This document shows, piece after piece, positions 60,486 through 64,000 of a stretch of DNA of 64,000 nt (the first letter of the stretch is position 1; every line of letters begins with the position of its first letter). Source of the stretch: Seison nebaliae (taxonomy: Eukaryota); assembly GCA_023231475.1 (NCBI GenBank), contig JALJEE010001458.1, positions 1 to 64,000 of the forward strand. The letters run 5' to 3'. A program made the position numbers and the translations under genes. The notes under the pieces were generated by a model, which made no database searches, was not told the DNA's origin, and saw nothing but the letters and a program-made list of their open reading frames with translations.

Positions 60486-62081
60486 ATGGGCAGATTAAGA
60501 AGACGAATTGGGAAAAAAATTTCTATATGTTTTCTCGTATTTTCAATTTTTCTTTATCTAACATTGATGAGAGACGATATATCGGAAATTGTTGATTTAA
60601 GATTTGAAGAATATTTTTATTGTAAGATTGAAGAAAAAGTTGGAGAAAAATCTTATGAAATTCTTACATTTTCTCTGAACTGTTCGGAGGAATTGACATA
60701 TTTTAAGAAATTAATTTCACCCGCCAATAATTTTAAGAAAAAGAAAAAATTTTTAATCCAACAAAAGTCAACGCAATTGCGTGAAATTTATCGAGTTCAA
60801 ACATTCGCAGCTGATGGACTACTGACTAATTGGAACAAACTTTTCAAGCATAAATATATAATAGATCCTCACATTTGGTGTTACATCGAACGGTTCTCAT
60901 CGTTTATCTACAACAAATGCAATCCAAATATTTACTGCAACAAAGAAATTACAAAATGTTCGCCAAATCTCATTTTTGTACGTCCAACTTTTGAAAAAGG
61001 ATGGAATTTTCGAATAGAGAATTTTCTAAATTTAACCTCAGATAATTTCCAAGTTTTATACAAATTTAAGAAGAAAGAAAAACAACAAATGATTATTAAT
61101 GAGAATGAACATGAATTAGATTGTTCAACTTATTTTAACGGAAATAATTTAGATGTCATATTTCCTTTACTGCTATCTTCAGACCAGGAAAAAGATGAAC
61201 TTCTCCTTAAACAATTTCAAAAGGATGCCATAGGTCTTGGTTATTTCGTCAATAGTTTATGGATATGGAAACATTGTCATTATTCCATCAAATCTAATAA
61301 ATCGATGGAGAATTATCAGGAATGGATGAATCAAATGGGACATAAACGGAATTTATTGGAGACAACTTGGATAGGTGACAAATTGAAATATAAACATTTG
61401 GTAATTGTTGGTGATTTCATCAGTCGATTATATTTCCTACACTTATCGAAAATACTTAAAGAGTACAAGAAGAATTGGCAATTTGAATCATCAAGGAAAT
61501 CATCAAATGAGAATATGGAATTATTTCTCAAAGATTTTTCCATATCATGGTATCACCATGGTTTGCCTATTCTTCATAATTCTTATCTTAATCGAATATG
61601 GTCGATAGAAGAAATCTTCAATAATTTCATAGAATTTTATAAAAATCATGATCATCGAGTTCCATCTCATTTGCTAATCAATTTCGATAATTTATTCGCC
61701 ACATTTCCCCACGATTATTACGAACACCGATTATCATCAATTGTTCATTCTCTTATTGAGCTAATGAGACGACTACCGTATATTCGAGTAATGTATCGTG
61801 GAAGTGATCGACAAATGATGGTGGATGAAAGAATACATTTATCTCCTCTCAATTTGAAGAAGATGAATTATATCAATAAAAGTCTCGTTCAATTAATGAA
61901 TGCGAAATTCGTTCGATTGATGCATCACACTCTTCGCAATGAAACTTTTCATTTGAGAGAGAGATTCATTTTTATTTATACTTATTCTCTAACTGAACTC
62001 GACGTCAATTGTACAAATCTTTATGAAATATGTGAAAATGCACTCATACATCAACTATTCCAAATATTGCAACATCTCTAA
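60486..62081 (+). CDS. NXPE-family (neurexophilin/PC-esterase, SGNH-like) type II membrane protein
   Basis: Basic N-terminus plus TM anchor (MGRLRRRIGKKISICFLVFSIFLYLTL); GYFVNSLW..C; LKYKHLVIVGDFISRLYF; WYHHGLPI; FATFPHDYYEHRL..I..L..RLP..RVMYRG. Confidence 0.7.
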   Translation: MGRLRRRIGKKISICFLVFSIFLYLTLMRDDISEIVDLRFEEYFYCKIEEKVGEKSYEILTFSLNCSEELTYFKKLISPANNFKKKKKFLIQQKSTQLREIYRVQTFAADGLLTNWNKLFKHKYIIDPHIWCYIERFSSFIYNKCNPNIYCNKEITKCSPNLIFVRPTFEKGWNFRIENFLNLTSDNFQVLYKFKKKEKQQMIINENEHELDCSTYFNGNNLDVIFPLLLSSDQEKDELLLKQFQKDAIGLGYFVNSLWIWKHCHYSIKSNKSMENYQEWMNQMGHKRNLLETTWIGDKLKYKHLVIVGDFISRLYFLHLSKILKEYKKNWQFESSRKSSNENMELFLKDFSISWYHHGLPILHNSYLNRIWSIEEIFNNFIEFYKNHDHRVPSHLLINFDNLFATFPHDYYEHRLSSIVHSLIELMRRLPYIRVMYRGSDRQMMVDERIHLSPLNLKKMNYINKSLVQLMNAKFVRLMHHTLRNETFHLRERFIFIYTYSLTELDVNCTNLYEICENALIHQLFQILQHL

Positions 62082-62403
62082 ATAGAAACCATCTTTTATT
62101 GTTGTTTAAACTGTTTTATTATCAGATTCATAGAAATATACTGAAAATATTATATTATTATTATTAATGAATTTGAATTGAGTGAAATTAGAAGAAGGTG
62201 AAGGAGATTAAAAATAGAAAAGAAATAGAAAAAAGCTTTAATTTAAAAGTTATAAATAGAGTTGTAGAATAGTTGAAATTGAAAATAAAAAGGAAAGTTG
62301 AATGTTGAATTATCAAATAAAACATCTAAGGTTTAGATGTCTTACGATTTACACATTACAAATAGATTGTTCACATTCGGTACATCAAATAAATAAACGT
62401 GAT

Positions 62404-64000
62404 ATGGATGATAAAAATGGAGAAGTGAAATTATCAGAAGCTATTAACAATGTCGATATCTTGTACGAGATGGATATACCTGATGAACAGGCATCTCTCA
62501 ATGTTCAACATACGACAACTATTTTAGATTATGATGTGCAATGGAATACCAATTTTAATGATATTTCATCCTTCGCTTCAGGACCAGCCCGTTACAAGGA
62601 GGAGGCAACGAGACATTGTCAATTGAATTGGTGGTTGAATGATGCCAATAAATATTTCTCTCTTCTCTACACTTGGAGATGTGTGTCACGTGCCATCCCT
62701 CCAATCAAGTCCAATGACGATAAGAAAGATGCTGTTAATTCGGCCACTATAACCGTTCTCGAACCATATATTAGTGAATTGTTAGAATTGAAAGAATTTG
62801 TAAGTAAGACCGTGAAATTGTTGATCCAAGAAGTGATTTGTTTCCGAAAAAATGAATTCATTTCAGATAATTATATTCGACTACTCACCAGATCGATGTA
62901 TGTCTTGTTGTTGTTGGACGAATTGAAAAACATGAAGAGTTCAATGAAGAATGATGTCTCCTTTTACAATAGAGCCCTTCGTTCTACACTCCTCCAACAC
63001 TCCAATCGAGATAAGAATTCTCCAAAATTTTCGGAAGGAGAAGTGAATCAATTGAGTTTGTTTCTTGCAAGTCGAGATCGAATTCGAACTGAATTTTTTG
63101 AACAATTAAAACAAATCTCACAATATGAAGAAATTCTGTTAGAGATTATTCAGTTGAACGTGAAAAATTTGGAGAGGAGGAATTATTTATTTTCGTTGGA
63201 AAGACATATGATCATTTTAAGTCTCTCCTTCTCACTCTCATTATTATTATTGAGTGATTCACCTAAATATTCCATGAATAAGTTGGATTCGAAGAAAAGA
63301 TTATCAATCAATAAACTCGATAAATTATTTCATCAAATACAAATCATTCCATTATATGGAGATATGCAATTCTCTCCTTTTCTTTATTTGTTGAATTTGA
63401 GAGAAAGTTCATTTGATTGTAGTCGATTTACACTGTGTCAATCGATTCAATCGATGGAACAAAACGGTTCACTTTGTTCGTTATCACTCGCGAATGGAAT
63501 TACTGTAACCACATCATCTCTGGCACACAATGGCGAAGTATCATCGTCATCGTTAGCTGCATATTCAACATTACCACCACAAAGTACTATATTGGACAAG
63601 ATATCTTCCTTGAGAACAGATTATCAATGTCTTGTAAATACCATATCGTTATTAGCTAGTGAATATCAGACAAAGAATTTTGTATATTCTCATTTTATTT
63701 CAATGAATTGTTTGGTAACTGAGCGAAATAATTTATCGAGATTCCTTGCCAATTTTAGTTTAAATCAAAAATTAACTCAGATTGTTCTCGATTCCCTTCG
63801 ATTCATGACAACAACGACGACCATAGTTCATGAATTCTATTCATGGAGATTAGCACATCCGACCAGTAATCGTGAAAACAATAAATGTTCGAAAGACGCT
63901 GATGAATATGAGAGAGTGACTCGATACAATTATACATCTCCTGAAAAAGATGCCATCAATCAATGTATTGTTATGGTGAAATCTATCCAATCGTTATTGA
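62404..64000 (+). CDS. CYFIP: Cytoplasmic FMR1-interacting protein (CYFIP/Sra-1), 5' part; runs off the window
   Basis: Open frame from ATG 62404 to the window end (absent from the ORF track because it has no stop): VKLSEAINNVDIL, LYTWRCVSRAIP, VLEPYISELLE, LDELKNMKSSMKND, IPLYGDMQ, SWRLAHP, ADEYERVTRYNYTSPEK. Confidence 0.93.
   Translation, partial: MDDKNGEVKLSEAINNVDILYEMDIPDEQASLNVQHTTTILDYDVQWNTNFNDISSFASGPARYKEEATRHCQLNWWLNDANKYFSLLYTWRCVSRAIPPIKSNDDKKDAVNSATITVLEPYISELLELKEFVSKTVKLLIQEVICFRKNEFISDNYIRLLTRSMYVLLLLDELKNMKSSMKNDVSFYNRALRSTLLQHSNRDKNSPKFSEGEVNQLSLFLASRDRIRTEFFEQLKQISQYEEILLEIIQLNVKNLERRNYLFSLERHMIILSLSFSLSLLLLSDSPKYSMNKLDSKKRLSINKLDKLFHQIQIIPLYGDMQFSPFLYLLNLRESSFDCSRFTLCQSIQSMEQNGSLCSLSLANGITVTTSSLAHNGEVSSSSLAAYSTLPPQSTILDKISSLRTDYQCLVNTISLLASEYQTKNFVYSHFISMNCLVTERNNLSRFLANFSLNQKLTQIVLDSLRFMTTTTTIVHEFYSWRLAHPTSNRENNKCSKDADEYERVTRYNYTSPEKDAINQCIVMVKSIQSLL

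Overview
Very AT-rich, gene-dense eukaryotic genomic DNA, most likely from a ciliated invertebrate with a compact genome (metazoan origin inferred from Integrator INTS8, NXPE, ERICH6/FAM194 and axonemal dynein; the exact taxon cannot be called from sequence alone). It uses the standard genetic code. About 16 protein-coding genes are present: ERICH6/FAM194-like, PPEF/rdgC, NCBP2, an orphan gene, DNAH6, mitochondrial LARS2, RABAC1/PRA1, a second orphan gene, DHX16, TTC4, COG2, an uncharacterised protein, INTS8, MRPL2, an NXPE-family gene and CYFIP, which runs off the end of the window. Most are split by tiny introns (~40-70 nt). The most striking signal is the splice code. Of 49 introns I mapped by hand in conserved genes, 45 begin GTT, 4 begin GTA, none begin GTG, none has GTAAG/GTGAG, and 11 end in AAG. 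Other points of interest are an intron-containing orphan gene whose C-terminus looks like a captured LINE ORF2 linker, an NXPE homologue lacking its catalytic Ser/His, several foldback/MITE-type elements built from related short motif arrays, and a ~9 kb gene-poor block (9.1-17.9 kb) of decayed coding relics. All gene calls rest on motifs recalled from known families; no database search was run.
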